Source: an uncultured Sphingomonadaceae bacterium | GTDB lineage: Bacteria; Pseudomonadota; Alphaproteobacteria; Sphingomonadales; Sphingomonadaceae | Length of the DNA: 64,000 nucleotides | Reading direction: 5' to 3' | Assembly (NCBI GenBank): GCA_964635065.1 | Contig: CAZWMK010000002.1 | Coordinates: 1,048 to 65,047 of the forward strand | Part shown: in pieces, positions 8,467 to 17,586 of the stretch | How the letters are laid out: each line of letters starts with the position of its first letter | Numbering within the stretch: position 1 is the first letter of the stretch | The notes under the pieces: model-generated | Seen by the model: the letters and a program-made list of their open reading frames with translations, nothing else | The model's database searches: none | Told to the model about the DNA's origin: nothing | Made by a program: the position numbers and the translations under genes

Positions 8467-9387
8467 ATGAAAGACCTCTACCCATCGCGCCACGCACCCG
8501 TGGCGCAGTTTTTGCCGCGCCTTGATCCCGTCGTGCACAGCGACTGGAACAATAATGCGCCGCTCAGCCTGGCACAAACCGATGCCTTCGACCGGAACGG
8601 CTTTCTTGTGCTGGAAAATCTCTTCTCAGCCGCCGAGGTTGCCTATCTGCAACACGAGGCACGCGCACTTCTGGGTGCGCCCGATGCACTTGCCACGGAA
8701 ACGGTCATCACAGAGCCAGGCAGCCGCGAAGTCCGTTCGATCTTCAACATTCACGTGCAAAGCCGGGCCATCGCGCGTCTTACCGCCGATTCACGTCTGG
8801 CGGGCGTCGCCCGTTTTCTGCTGGGTGACGATGTGTACATTCATCAGTCGCGGCTGAATTACAAACCCGGCTTTCAGGGTAAGGAATTCTACTGGCACAG
8901 CGATTTCGAGACCTGGCACGTCGAAGACGGCATGCCACGCATGCGGGCGCTGTCGATGTCGGTGCTTCTGGCCGAAAACACGCCGCACAACGGGCCACTG
9001 ATGCTGATTCCCGGATCGCATCACAGCTATCTGACCTGCGTGGGCGAAACGCCTGAAAATCATTACCGCATGTCCCTGAAAAAACAGGAATATGGCGTTC
9101 CGGACGAGGAAAGTCTTGCCGATCTTGCCGCGCGGCACGGCATTGTCGCCCCGACCGGAAAACCCGGATCGGTCGTGATCTTCGATTGCAATATCATGCA
9201 CGGCTCGAACGGCAACATCACGCCCTATCCGCGCGCCAATGCCTTTCTCGTTTACAATGCCATGACAAACCGTCTGGCCGCGCCCTTTGGGGCCGTGAAG
9301 CCGCGCCCGGATTTCATTGCCGCGCGCGACAAACCACAGGCAATTGTGCCCGTGTCGGGGCCGCTGATAGAGGAAGTGACGGCATGA
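8467..9387 (+). CDS. ectD: Ectoine hydroxylase (Fe(II)/2-oxoglutarate dioxygenase)
   Basis: 'FYWHSDFETWHVEDGMPRMRALSMSVLL' is the EctD signature region with the HxD iron ligands, followed by 'IMHGSNGNITP'. Confidence 0.95.
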   Translation: MKDLYPSRHAPVAQFLPRLDPVVHSDWNNNAPLSLAQTDAFDRNGFLVLENLFSAAEVAYLQHEARALLGAPDALATETVITEPGSREVRSIFNIHVQSRAIARLTADSRLAGVARFLLGDDVYIHQSRLNYKPGFQGKEFYWHSDFETWHVEDGMPRMRALSMSVLLAENTPHNGPLMLIPGSHHSYLTCVGETPENHYRMSLKKQEYGVPDEESLADLAARHGIVAPTGKPGSVVIFDCNIMHGSNGNITPYPRANAFLVYNAMTNRLAAPFGAVKPRPDFIAARDKPQAIVPVSGPLIEEVTA

Positions 9388-9646
9388 TGGCCGGCCATAG
9401 CGTCGAGAAAATCGGCGGCACATCAATGGCTGCCACGGCCACCCTGTTCGACAATGTGCTGATTGCCGGACGCAAGGGGCCGGATCTCTACAATCGCATT
9501 TTTGTTGTCTCCGCTTATGCCGGCATCACCAACCTGCTCCTGGAGAACAAGAAAAACAGAACGCCGGGCGTCTACGCGCCTTTGTCATGGACGATGGCAG
9601 CAATAGCTGGCGTACGGCGATGGAGGCGGTGCGCGCGGCCATTCTG
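9384..9646 (+). pseudogene. ask: Ectoine-cluster aspartokinase (ask_ect), N-terminal remnant only, frameshifted
   Basis: ATGA overlap with ectD. 'MMAGHSVEKIGGTSMAATATLFDNVLIAGRKGPDLYNRIFVVSAYAGITNLLLENKK..PGVYA' is an Ask N-terminus. The reading continues in another frame as 'FVMDDGSNSWRTAMEAVRAAIL' (1-nt loss near 9576-9581). About 85 of roughly 470 expected codons remain. Confidence 0.75.
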
Positions 9647-10401
9647 ACAATCACCGTAGCGTTGAGCGGCGGTCTGACGTTGCTGAACATGCTCTACCAG
9701 CAACGCCCCGGCGCCGCCAACAAGCCGGTGAAGGGCTATGTGCAGATTGGCTCGAACGACAGGTGCGGGTCGGCGACTGGATCGAGATGGAGCAACTGAA
9801 CGCCGACGGCGACGTCATCGACATCGCCCTGCACACGGTAAAAGTGCAGAATTTTGACAAGACGATCACCACCATACCCACGCATCGCCTGGTGTCGGAA
9901 AGTTTCCGCAACTGGCGCGGCATGTCGGAATCGGGTGGCCGCCGGATCATGCGCGCCTTGTTGCTCGATCAGACCAGCGTGCGCTTCCTCGACGCCAAGG
10001 ACATCGATCAGCTGTCGCGTTTAACCCTGCTGCACGACTATCTTGCGCACAAACAGGCGGAGATCGCGACATGGAACAAGGCGCATGCCACCAACGTGCC
10101 GGATGAACGCCGGCTGACGAATATCGGCACCTTCCGCGCCTATGTGCATGCCTATCTCAAGGCGCGGTCGGATATCGCGCAGGACAAAACCCTGATGGTC
10201 CGCCAGCTGGCTCTCGGCGAAAATGGCCTGCCGTTGCAGGTCTATGCCCTTGCCGACACGACCGACTGGGGCGAATATGAAGCGATCCAGGCCGATATCT
10301 TCGATCACCTGATCGCCATCATGCCGGCATTCGGTTTGAACCTCTATCAACGTCCGGCAGGCAGCGACCTCGTTCGATCCGCCTTTGCCCAGTGGCTCTG
10401 A
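9647..10401 (+). pseudogene. YbdG/MscM-type mechanosensitive channel, 5'-truncated and frameshifted
   Basis: 'VGDWIEMEQLNADGDVIDIALHTVKVQNFDKTITTIPTHRLVSESFRNWRGMSESGGRRI', 'TNIGTFRAYVHAYL' and 'YEAIQADIFDHLIAIMPAFGLNLYQ' align with my recollection of E. coli YbdG from about residue 170 onward. 'GYVQIGSND' sits in a different frame (shift near 9760). The TM region is absent. Confidence 0.8.
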
Positions 10402-10424
10402 TGGATAATTTTTTTGGTTTCCTT

Positions 10425-10710
10425 GGGTTGCAGGCAGATTCATCCCATGCTTTCGCGGCGCTCATGGAAGATCAGCCTGTTGAAGTTGTAGGCCAGGTTG
10501 CAAAGGGTCAGCTTCGCTTCGGCACGGGCCAGGCCGATGGTTCGGATGAACAGCCCGAATCTGTTCTTCTGATGGGCGAAGACGTGTTCGATATGGCGCG
10601 GATCGAGGACTTGGCAGCGTTGGCCCGCGCCGCTGCCTTCGGCATGGGCTTGCCCATGGGTTTGCGCCGATGGATGCGCGATATAAGCATTCGGCCCAAC
10701 CGCCACTTAC
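10425..10710 (-). mobile_element. IS5-family element remnant (terminal approx. 285 bp, transposase C-terminus, frameshifted)
   Basis: 'RHIEHVFAHQKNRFGLFIRTIGLARAEAKLTLCNLAYNFNRLIF' is an IS5/DDE_Tnp_1 C-terminus. The upstream part 'IHRRKPMGKPMPKAAARANAAKSSIRA' is in another frame. The putative terminus is GGGTTGCAGGCAGATTCATCC. Confidence 0.7.
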
Positions 10711-10944
10711 CTGTTTTCTAGCTTGTTTTTTCCTGCAATGCCTTGAAAGGTAAGTACAATTTGTCGTTTCGAGCACCTTGATTCCAGCCCCATACGTGAT
10801 GCGACGCCAAGGTGAGATTCAGCACTGTTATTCTTTCTGCCATCTCGGGCGGCTGAAGACCGCCGCGATGGTTTCGGCACGCCCAACCAACAGGAATCAA
10901 CAGGATGGTTGCGTGAGCCGTCTTCGCTTCCATCGCCGCCGTTA

Positions 10945-11392
10945 TTAGCGGAGGTGCTGGAAGTCCTGCTGCATCTGAATGGGGTTCGAGGGATCGGCCC
11001 CCATCTGCACGAGGATTGCCCGGACGGCCCCCGCAACGCGCTTCTTGAGGGTGGTCTGGTTACCGGGCTGCGATGACGTTGATGTGGAGTGGCGTGCTGC
11101 CGGCCGCAATGGCAAGCAGGCGGTCGATGTTCGGATGTGCGCCCGGACGCTGGCGTGCGTCTGCCGTATGTTCGCCAAACAGTTGCAAGCCATATTCGGC
11201 GGCCTTTGTATCCAGCATGTCAAAGCATTGGTTCAGATAATGATAGACCGCGAGCGAGCCTTGCTTGCCCGGCTGGTTTTCGATGCACGCGACAATCACG
11301 CCCTTGTCGTCGAGGAGGTCGATGCGGTGCACGTCGTCGATGGCCGGAAGATTCTCTAGGTTGTTTCTGAAGCTTGCGTCGGGTTGAAGCAT
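10945..11392 (-). pseudogene. Roadblock/LC7 (MglB-like) domain protein, apparently frameshifted near its 3' end (tentative)
   Basis: 'NLENLPAIDDVHRIDLLDDKGVIVACIE' and 'IDRLLAIAAGSTPLHINVIAAR' resemble the Roadblock/LC7 pattern. Reading continues in another frame ('NQTTLKKRVAGAVRAIL...'). No partner GTPase is nearby. Confidence 0.3.
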
Positions 11393-11560
11393 GGCCGAAA
11401 GTCCTTGAAGCCTGATGGTTGCGCGCAGGGGTTTAACAACTTCATGCCGCTCGTGTCACGACATTGTGCAGATCAAAATGCAGTGATGCCTCGAACAGGA
11501 TGCGGTCGATAGAAAGTCGACGGGGCGTAAGGTTGCCTGCTTTCCTGCTGCGATACATAA

Positions 11561-11611
11561 TTCTGCTTGTGCGTCGATTCGCGCGCATGGTGTCAATCAA
11601 GGAGGACTATC
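11561..11611 (+). promoter_or_regulatory. Candidate ROSE-like RNA thermometer in the hsp20 leader
   Basis: 5'-UUCUGCUUG (11561-11569) can pair with the SD region CAAGGAGGA (11598-11606), leaving a single G-G opposition. The UYGCU-type anti-SD is the hallmark of ROSE elements upstream of alphaproteobacterial sHSP genes. Confidence 0.35.
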
Positions 11612-12040
11612 ATGAACACTCTCGCGAAACGTAACCGTTTCTTTGATGACTTCTTTCGTGATTTCCCGTTCGGCTATGCCATCAAGCCCTTGCACGGCGA
11701 TCCGCTGCTTTCGCCTGACAAGATCAAGATCGATGTCAGAAATAATGAAAAGAGTTTCACCGTGCAGGCCGAAATGCCGGGTCTCAACAAGGACGATATT
11801 CATGTCACGGTCGATGGGAATATCGTCACCATCCAGGCCGAGGTGAAGCAATATGACGCCGACACCGAAGATGGTCAGACTGTCCACTCCGAACGTTATT
11901 ATGGCGCGATCCAGCGCAGCTTTGCGCTGCCCTCAGCGGTCGCGGAAGCCAATGTGACGGCAAAATACGAGAATGGTATTCTGGTTCTGAACCTGCCGAA
12001 GGAAGATGCAGCGGCGACCAGAAAGGTTGTTATCAGCTGA
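11612..12040 (+). CDS. Hsp20/alpha-crystallin family small heat-shock protein
   Basis: AGGAGG SD precedes the start. 'FTVQAEMPGLNKDDIHVTVDGNIVTIQAEVK', 'ERYYGAIQRSFALP' and 'AKYENGILVLNLPK' form a canonical alpha-crystallin domain. Confidence 0.92.
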   Translation: MNTLAKRNRFFDDFFRDFPFGYAIKPLHGDPLLSPDKIKIDVRNNEKSFTVQAEMPGLNKDDIHVTVDGNIVTIQAEVKQYDADTEDGQTVHSERYYGAIQRSFALPSAVAEANVTAKYENGILVLNLPKEDAAATRKVVIS

Positions 12041-12064
12041 ACGCCCGGTCAGGGGCGGTCGGCT

Positions 12065-12096
12065 GGCCGGGAGGGACAGCCTGTCGCCTCCCGGCC
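12065..12096. terminator. GC-rich hairpin between convergent hsp20 and yeaQ-like genes
   Basis: GGCCGGGAGG / CCTCCCGGCC 10-bp stem with a 12-nt loop and no clear U-tract. Confidence 0.3.
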
Positions 12097-12105
12097 GCGC
12101 GATGG

Positions 12106-12372
12106 TCAGCGGATGGACTTGCGCTGAACCAGATTGACAATTCCAAGCAGGATGACCGCGCCGACAAAGGCGACGATCAGGCCGGTGATGGAAAATTCCT
12201 GCACGCTGCCCCTGATGCCGAACAGCGGGCCGGAGACCGCATTTCCGATCAATGAGCCGACAATGCCGACGATAATATTCCACAAGAGGCCCATCGAGGC
12301 ATCGCGGTTCATCACGAGACTGGCGAGCCATCCAGCGACGCCGCCTACGATCAGTGCAATGATCCAACCCAT
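12106..12372 (-). CDS. GlsB/YeaQ/YmgE-family stress-response membrane protein
   Basis: 'GWIIALIVGGVAGWLASLVM', 'GLLWNIIVGIVGSLIGN' and 'LIVAFVGAVILLGIVNLV' are typical of the transglycosylase-associated family. Confidence 0.85.
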   Translation of the reverse strand: MGWIIALIVGGVAGWLASLVMNRDASMGLLWNIIVGIVGSLIGNAVSGPLFGIRGSVQEFSITGLIVAFVGAVILLGIVNLVQRKSIR

Positions 12373-12384
12373 TTTATGCTCTCC

Positions 12385-13143
12385 TCAGTTGCGGATTTCT
12401 ACTTGTGTAACGCTGACGCCTACATATTGATCCGTTTCGAGAGGGGCTTCTTCGTCACGTGACGACAACAGAAACCGCCAGATCAGCGCACCAATGGCAG
12501 CGCCGATGAGAGGGGCGACCCAGAACAGCCACAATTGTCCCATGGCCGCAGTGTCGGCGAAAAGCGCCACGCCTGTCGAACGCGCCGGGTTGACCGAGGT
12601 GTTGGTGACGGGAATCGAGATCAGGTGAATGAGAGTCAGCGCCAGTCCGATCGCAACCGGGGCGAAGCCGGCCGGCGCCGTCCGTGCCGTTGCGCCGAGG
12701 ATCACGATAAGAAAACCTGCGGTCAGAATGATTTCCGTCAGGAGTGCGGCACCCATCGCATATCCACCGGGCGAGAGCGCGCCATAGCCGTTCGTGGCAA
12801 AACCACCTGCACTCCAGCCTGCCTTGCCGGACGCAACGGCATATAGCGCGGCCCCGGCGGCGACCGCGCCGAGGATCTGGGCGATCCAGTAGGGGATGAG
12901 ATCCCGCCAGGCGAAGCGCTTGGCCAGCGCAAGGCCAAGCGAAACTGCGGGATTGAAATGGCCGCCCGAGATGCCGCCCACGGCATAGGCCATGGTCAGA
13001 ACGGTCAGACCGAAGGCCAGCGATACACCAGCAAAACCGATGCCGAGTTCGGGAAAGGCCGCAGCCAGAACCGCCGACCCGCAACCGCCGAACACAAGCC
13101 AGAATGTGCCGATCAATTCGGCAGATAATTTGCGTAACATCAT
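12385..13143 (-). CDS. aqpZ: Aquaporin Z
   Basis: '[21 protein letters not shown]' with two NPA boxes ('[11 protein letters not shown]', '[11 protein letters not shown]'). It has an unusual roughly 25-aa C-terminal extension. Confidence 0.95.
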   Translation of the reverse strand: MMLRKLSAELIGTFWLVFGGCGSAVLAAAFPELGIGFAGVSLAFGLTVLTMAYAVGGISGGHFNPAVSLGLALAKRFAWRDLIPYWIAQILGAVAAGAALYAVASGKAGWSAGGFATNGYGALSPGGYAMGAALLTEIILTAGFLIVILGATARTAPAGFAPVAIGLALTLIHLISIPVTNTSVNPARSTGVALFADTAAMGQLWLFWVAPLIGAAIGALIWRFLLSSRDEEAPLETDQYVGVSVTQVEIRN

Positions 13144-13210
13144 TCTCTCCCCTGGTTGTTCATCCCGTGATGTTCAGCCTTGGCAGCAACCCCTGGCGCA
13201 AGGCGCTGGA

Positions 13211-13804
13211 TCAGCGCCCCAGACGGCTGGCCAAGCTGAGGATGTCGTCGAGGGGATTGCCGTCACCGTCGGCGTCGATCAGCGCCGCAAGGCCGCCAAG
13301 CCCGCCCGACTGGGCCTGTCCGCCGCCCAAGGCGCCACCGAGCACCTGACCGAGCAGGCCGCCGAGACCGCCCTGGGCGGACGCATCGCTCGATGCACCG
13401 CTCTTCTGCTGGGCGAGAAAGCCGGTGACGGCCATGGCGAGGAGCGGCAGCATCTTCTTGAGGAGCGTGGCGTCGATCCCGGTCGACTGCGCCGCCTGGC
13501 CTGCGACTGTGCGGCTGACATCCCTGGAGCCGAAGATCTGTCCAAGAATTTCATTGCCCGGTGCGGTCGGCGTGGGTTCGTTTCTGGTGACGGCGTCAAG
13601 CAAATTGCCGCCACCGACGCTACCCAGCATGTCGATCAAGCCACCAAGGCCGCCGGGCGCGGGCTGCGCCTGTTTCTTGAAGCCGCCGAGAATGGCGGGC
13701 AGCAGGGCTTCGACCCCGTTGCGCGCTGTGGCTTGATCAACCCCAAGTTCGCGCGAGATCGATTCGACTGCGCCGGTCTGTTTCAGGATGTCTGCAAAAT
13801 TCAT
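13211..13804 (-). CDS. DUF937-family protein
   Basis: 'MNFADILKQTGAVESISRELGVDQATARNGVEALLPAILGGFKKQ' followed by Gly-rich repeats (GGLGGL), typical of DUF937. Confidence 0.65.
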   Translation of the reverse strand: MNFADILKQTGAVESISRELGVDQATARNGVEALLPAILGGFKKQAQPAPGGLGGLIDMLGSVGGGNLLDAVTRNEPTPTAPGNEILGQIFGSRDVSRTVAGQAAQSTGIDATLLKKMLPLLAMAVTGFLAQQKSGASSDASAQGGLGGLLGQVLGGALGGGQAQSGGLGGLAALIDADGDGNPLDDILSLASRLGR

Positions 13805-14104
13805 GGAGCATTCTTTCCGGTGCAATAATGACTGGAGCTTCGCAGGGCATCAGAAACTGCCAGTGCGACTTGTTCAGGAAGCGTACACGGCAAATAATTA
13901 TTTTGTGGATGCTGCCACATAATTACAGTTTGATCGATGTTTTTTTTACAAGGAAATTCAAGGCGACACCCTTGATGTGTGCGAGGGGATAAACTGTTGT
14001 GAAAACAACCATTCACGCTGTTACGATGATAAATCATAGCTCTTGTCAGTGGCAGGCTGATTTCATTTTCCCTCAAGCCGCGATCTGTGGTTGATGCTGG
14101 CCGC

Positions 14105-15526
14105 ATGACTATGTCGGGAGCATCGCGCGCGGCCTTCGCGCTCTTCTCAGTCGCCCTGGGCGTCATGGCGGCGGGCTGTGCGGCCGGTGACGATTATCGC
14201 CCGCCCGTCGAGACGGACCTCGGCATCCCGCCAGCCTATCGCGGGACCGAGGCACAGACGTTGGAGGCGAGGCAGCTGGCCGATTGGTGGCGCCGCTTCG
14301 ACGATCCGGCGCTTGACGCTCTGATCGCGCGCGCGCTTTTTACAAATCTTGACATCACGCAGGCGCGGCTGAGGCTGGTGCAGGCGCGTGAAGCGGCGGT
14401 TCAGGCTGGCGCGGCCTATGCCCCGCGCATTGATGCCAGCCTGGATGGAGGGCGCAACCTGCGTATGCCCGGTGCCGATGGCAGCCGCTTTTCGGCTGGT
14501 GCCGACGCAAGCTGGGAAATCGATCTGTTCGGCGGCATTGGCCGGTCGGTCGAAGCGGCCAGAGCGGCCGCCGAAAGCGTGGAATATGACCTTGCCAGCG
14601 TGCGCGTGGCCATCATTGCCGAAACGGCAAGCAATTACATCCAGCTCCGCCAGCTGCAGGAACAGAAACGCATCGCGCGCGAGACGCTGACGATACAGGA
14701 TGATAATCTGCAGATCGCGCAATGGCGCGTCATGGCCGGGCTGGCATCCGTACTTGATGTGGAGCAGGCCCGGACCCAGCGTGCGCAGACGGCGGCCAGT
14801 CTGCCGCTGCTTGAAGAGTCCATACGCAACACGCTTGCCCGTATCGCGGTCCTGACCGGACAAGCGCCCGGCGCGGCGACGCGTCTGCTGGAAACGCCGG
14901 GCCTGATCCCGATGCCGCCTGCCGTGATTGCCGCGGGCATTCCGGCAGATACATTGCGGCAACGGCCCGATGTCCGGGCCGCCGAACGGGCGCTGGCGCG
15001 GCAGACGGCGCTGATCGGTGTATCCGAGGCACAATTGCGTCCCGGGCTTTTCATCAGTGGCAATATCGGGAGCACGGCTCTGCGCTTTGGCGCACTGGGC
15101 GACATTGTGACCGGTGGCCTGTTCATGGGGCTGCGCCAGCTGATTTTCGACGGCGGTGCCGCGCGTTCTCGCGTCCGGGCGCAGCGCGCGGCTGCGGATG
15201 GTGCCTTTGCCGCCTATCGCCAGAACATATTGACGGCGCTGGAAGATGTGGAAAACGGCCTTGTTGCGGTCGACGCAACGTCCGAACGCTATGCGCAGCT
15301 TGAAATCGCGCGCGATGCCGCCAGCAATTCGGCGCTCCTGGCCCGCGACCAATATCGTGCGGGGCTGACCGATTTCAGTGCCCTGCTGGATGCCGAACGA
15401 TCACTGTTGTCCAGCCGGAACAACGAAGCGGCCGGCCGGGCCGACCGCGCCCGCGCCGTGGTGCAGCTTTATCGCGCATTGGGCGGAGGATGGCAGACGA
15501 TGGATGATGGAATACAGAATGACTGA
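14105..15526 (+). CDS. Efflux outer-membrane factor lipoprotein (NodT/OprM family)
   Basis: Lipobox 'VMAAGCA', then 'WWRRFDDPALDALIARAL..NLDI' and a second repeat 'RPDVRAAERALA'. This is the two-repeat TolC-like architecture. Confidence 0.85.
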   Translation: MTMSGASRAAFALFSVALGVMAAGCAAGDDYRPPVETDLGIPPAYRGTEAQTLEARQLADWWRRFDDPALDALIARALFTNLDITQARLRLVQAREAAVQAGAAYAPRIDASLDGGRNLRMPGADGSRFSAGADASWEIDLFGGIGRSVEAARAAAESVEYDLASVRVAIIAETASNYIQLRQLQEQKRIARETLTIQDDNLQIAQWRVMAGLASVLDVEQARTQRAQTAASLPLLEESIRNTLARIAVLTGQAPGAATRLLETPGLIPMPPAVIAAGIPADTLRQRPDVRAAERALARQTALIGVSEAQLRPGLFISGNIGSTALRFGALGDIVTGGLFMGLRQLIFDGGAARSRVRAQRAAADGAFAAYRQNILTALEDVENGLVAVDATSERYAQLEIARDAASNSALLARDQYRAGLTDFSALLDAERSLLSSRNNEAAGRADRARAVVQLYRALGGGWQTMDDGIQND

Positions 15527-16892
15527 CCCTGCCGCGCACGCAGACAAACCCTCGATCGAAGCGCTTCTGGGCGTGACGCCGCAGAAACCCTGGCGCACAT
15601 GGCTGGCGCGCGGCGCTGCGCTTGTCGCGCTTCTGCTGGCGCTCTATCTGCTGACGCGCTGTTTTGGCGGCGAGGACGTGCCCCGCTACATCTCGCAGTC
15701 GGTCGAACGTGGCGATCTTGTCGTCACCGTATCGGCAACCGGCAATCTGAAGCCGGTCAACCAGGTCGATGTCGGCTCCGAACAATCGGGCCTGATCACG
15801 CATGTGCTGGTGGACGTCAACGATCAGGTGACAAAGGGGCAGCTCCTGGCGCGTCTCGATACATCACGGCTGCTGGATAATGTGGCACAGGGGCGGGCGC
15901 AGGTGACAGCGGCGCAGGCGCAGGTGGCACAGGCGGACGCGCAGGCGTCGCTGGCGCGTGCCACGCTAGCGCGGCAGGAGCATGTCCACGCGCTGTCCGG
16001 CGGCAAGGTGCCGTCGAAAACCGAACTCGACAGCGCGCGGGCGCAAACGGCGGCGGCTGTGGCCACTGCACAGGCAGCGCGGGCGCAACTGGCGGTGGCG
16101 CGGGCGCAATTGTCGTCGGCTGAAATCAACCTGTCCAAGGCGCGCATCGTCTCGCCGGTGACGGGCGTGGTGCTGTCGCGGGCAATCGAGCCGGGCCAGA
16201 CGGTGGCGGCATCGTTCAACGCGCCGGTGCTGTTCACCATCGCAGAGGATCTGCGCAAGATGGAACTTGAAGTCGCGGTCGACGAGGCGGACGTTGGCGT
16301 GGTCACGGCCGGCCAGTCAGCGGTTTTTACGGTCGATGCCTTTCCCGGACGCACTTTTCCCGCGCGTATCACCCGCGTCAATGTCGGTGCCAATACGGCG
16401 GGCGCTGCCACGGGAAGCAGCAGCGCGGCGGCCAGCGTCGTGTCCTATTCGGCGGTGCTCGCCGTCGATAATCAGGATCAGACCCTGCGCCCGGGCATGA
16501 CCGCGACCGCCGAAATCCGTGCGCGCGAGGTCAAGGGCGCATTGCTGGTGCCCAATGCGGCCTTGCGCTTTTCGCCTGACGCGGCATCGGGTGCGGACAA
16601 TCGCGGTATCACCGGAACCCTGATTCCGCCACGCATGCGGCGGGGCAATGGCACGCGCACGGTCAGCTTTGGCGCCGGCAGTCGCCAGACGGTTCATGTC
16701 GAGGAAAGCGAAGGGCAATTGCGCGCCGTCAACCTGATCGTGGGCGACAGCGATGGCAGCATGACCGTGGTGTCGGACTCTGCGCTGAAAGCGGGCATGC
16801 GTGTGGTCACCGGTCGCCTGGCGGCCGGGCAGACCGTTGCCGGGGCATCCGGACGTCGCAACACGAACGGAACAAGCGCCAATGGCCGATGA
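15519..16892 (+). CDS. HlyD/MacA-type periplasmic adaptor subunit
   Basis: TM anchor 'GAALVALLLALYLL'. 'VTVSATGNLKPVNQVDVGSEQSGLITHVLVDVNDQVTKGQLLARLD' is followed by a coiled-coil Ala/Gln-rich hairpin and 'ARIVSPVTGVVLSR'. An alternative start is at 15504. Confidence 0.85.
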   Translation: MTDPAAHADKPSIEALLGVTPQKPWRTWLARGAALVALLLALYLLTRCFGGEDVPRYISQSVERGDLVVTVSATGNLKPVNQVDVGSEQSGLITHVLVDVNDQVTKGQLLARLDTSRLLDNVAQGRAQVTAAQAQVAQADAQASLARATLARQEHVHALSGGKVPSKTELDSARAQTAAAVATAQAARAQLAVARAQLSSAEINLSKARIVSPVTGVVLSRAIEPGQTVAASFNAPVLFTIAEDLRKMELEVAVDEADVGVVTAGQSAVFTVDAFPGRTFPARITRVNVGANTAGAATGSSSAAASVVSYSAVLAVDNQDQTLRPGMTATAEIRAREVKGALLVPNAALRFSPDAASGADNRGITGTLIPPRMRRGNGTRTVSFGAGSRQTVHVEESEGQLRAVNLIVGDSDGSMTVVSDSALKAGMRVVTGRLAAGQTVAGASGRRNTNGTSANGR

Positions 16893-17586
16893 CCAACCGC
16901 TGATCCGCCTGCGCGGGATCACCAAGACCTTTGGCACGGGCGCTGCGGCCTTTCAGGCCCTGAAGGGGGTCGATCTTGATATCGATGCCGGTGATTTCGT
17001 CGCCATCATGGGGCCATCGGGTTCGGGCAAGTCGACGATGATGAACATTCTCGGCTGTCTTGATGTGCCGACCACGGGCCAGTTCAGCTTCAAGGGCCAC
17101 GCCATCGAACGGCTGAACAATGATCAGCGCGCCTTGTTGCGACGAAAATATCTCGGCTTTGTCTTTCAGGGCTTCAATCTTTTGTCCCGGACATCGGCGC
17201 TGGAAAATGTCGAATTGCCTCTGGTTTATCGCGGCATGGACAAGCAGGAACGCCGCCGCCTTGGCATGGCGGCACTTGAACGGATGGGCCTCGCGGAATG
17301 GTGGGATCATACGCCTGCCGAACTGTCGGGCGGGCAGCAGCAGCGGGTCGCCATCGCCCGCGCCATCGTCACCAGTCCCGAAGTGCTGCTGGCAGACGAA
17401 CCGACCGGCAATCTCGATACGGAACGCTCACTCGAAATCATGAAACTGCTGGATGGTTTCAACCGCGATGCAGGGCTGACCATTCTCATGGTCACGCACG
17501 AAGCGGAAATGGCCCGCTTTGCGCATACAGTCATTCATTTCCGCGATGGCCGGGTTGAAAATATCGAACGACGAGCGCGCGGATGA
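16882..17586 (+). CDS. ABC transporter ATP-binding protein (MacB/LolD-type, stand-alone ATPase)
   Basis: Walker A 'GPSGSGKST', Q-loop, signature '[14 protein letters not shown]' and Walker B '[11 protein letters not shown]'. It overlaps the upstream stop. Confidence 0.92.
   Translation: MADDQPLIRLRGITKTFGTGAAAFQALKGVDLDIDAGDFVAIMGPSGSGKSTMMNILGCLDVPTTGQFSFKGHAIERLNNDQRALLRRKYLGFVFQGFNLLSRTSALENVELPLVYRGMDKQERRRLGMAALERMGLAEWWDHTPAELSGGQQQRVAIARAIVTSPEVLLADEPTGNLDTERSLEIMKLLDGFNRDAGLTILMVTHEAEMARFAHTVIHFRDGRVENIERRARG

Noticed and set aside
9587-9799. 70-aa ORF between ectD and the mscS fragment
   Set aside because: It is not an independent gene. Its N-terminal part is the out-of-frame continuation of ask_ect and its C-terminal part is mscS-derived ('GYVQIGSND').
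10711-10944. Short ORFs (for example 10718-10933 on the minus strand) between the IS5 remnant and the Roadblock-like gene
   Set aside because: The translations are low-complexity and motif-free, and the region lies next to a deletion scar. It is treated as degenerate non-coding DNA.
11533-11561. Sigma70-like promoter TTGCCT-N17-CATAAT upstream of hsp20
   Set aside because: It is not listed as a feature because the predicted TSS would fall inside the proposed ROSE-like anti-SD, so the two models conflict. No sigma32-type CTTG-N17-CYTAT motif was found either.
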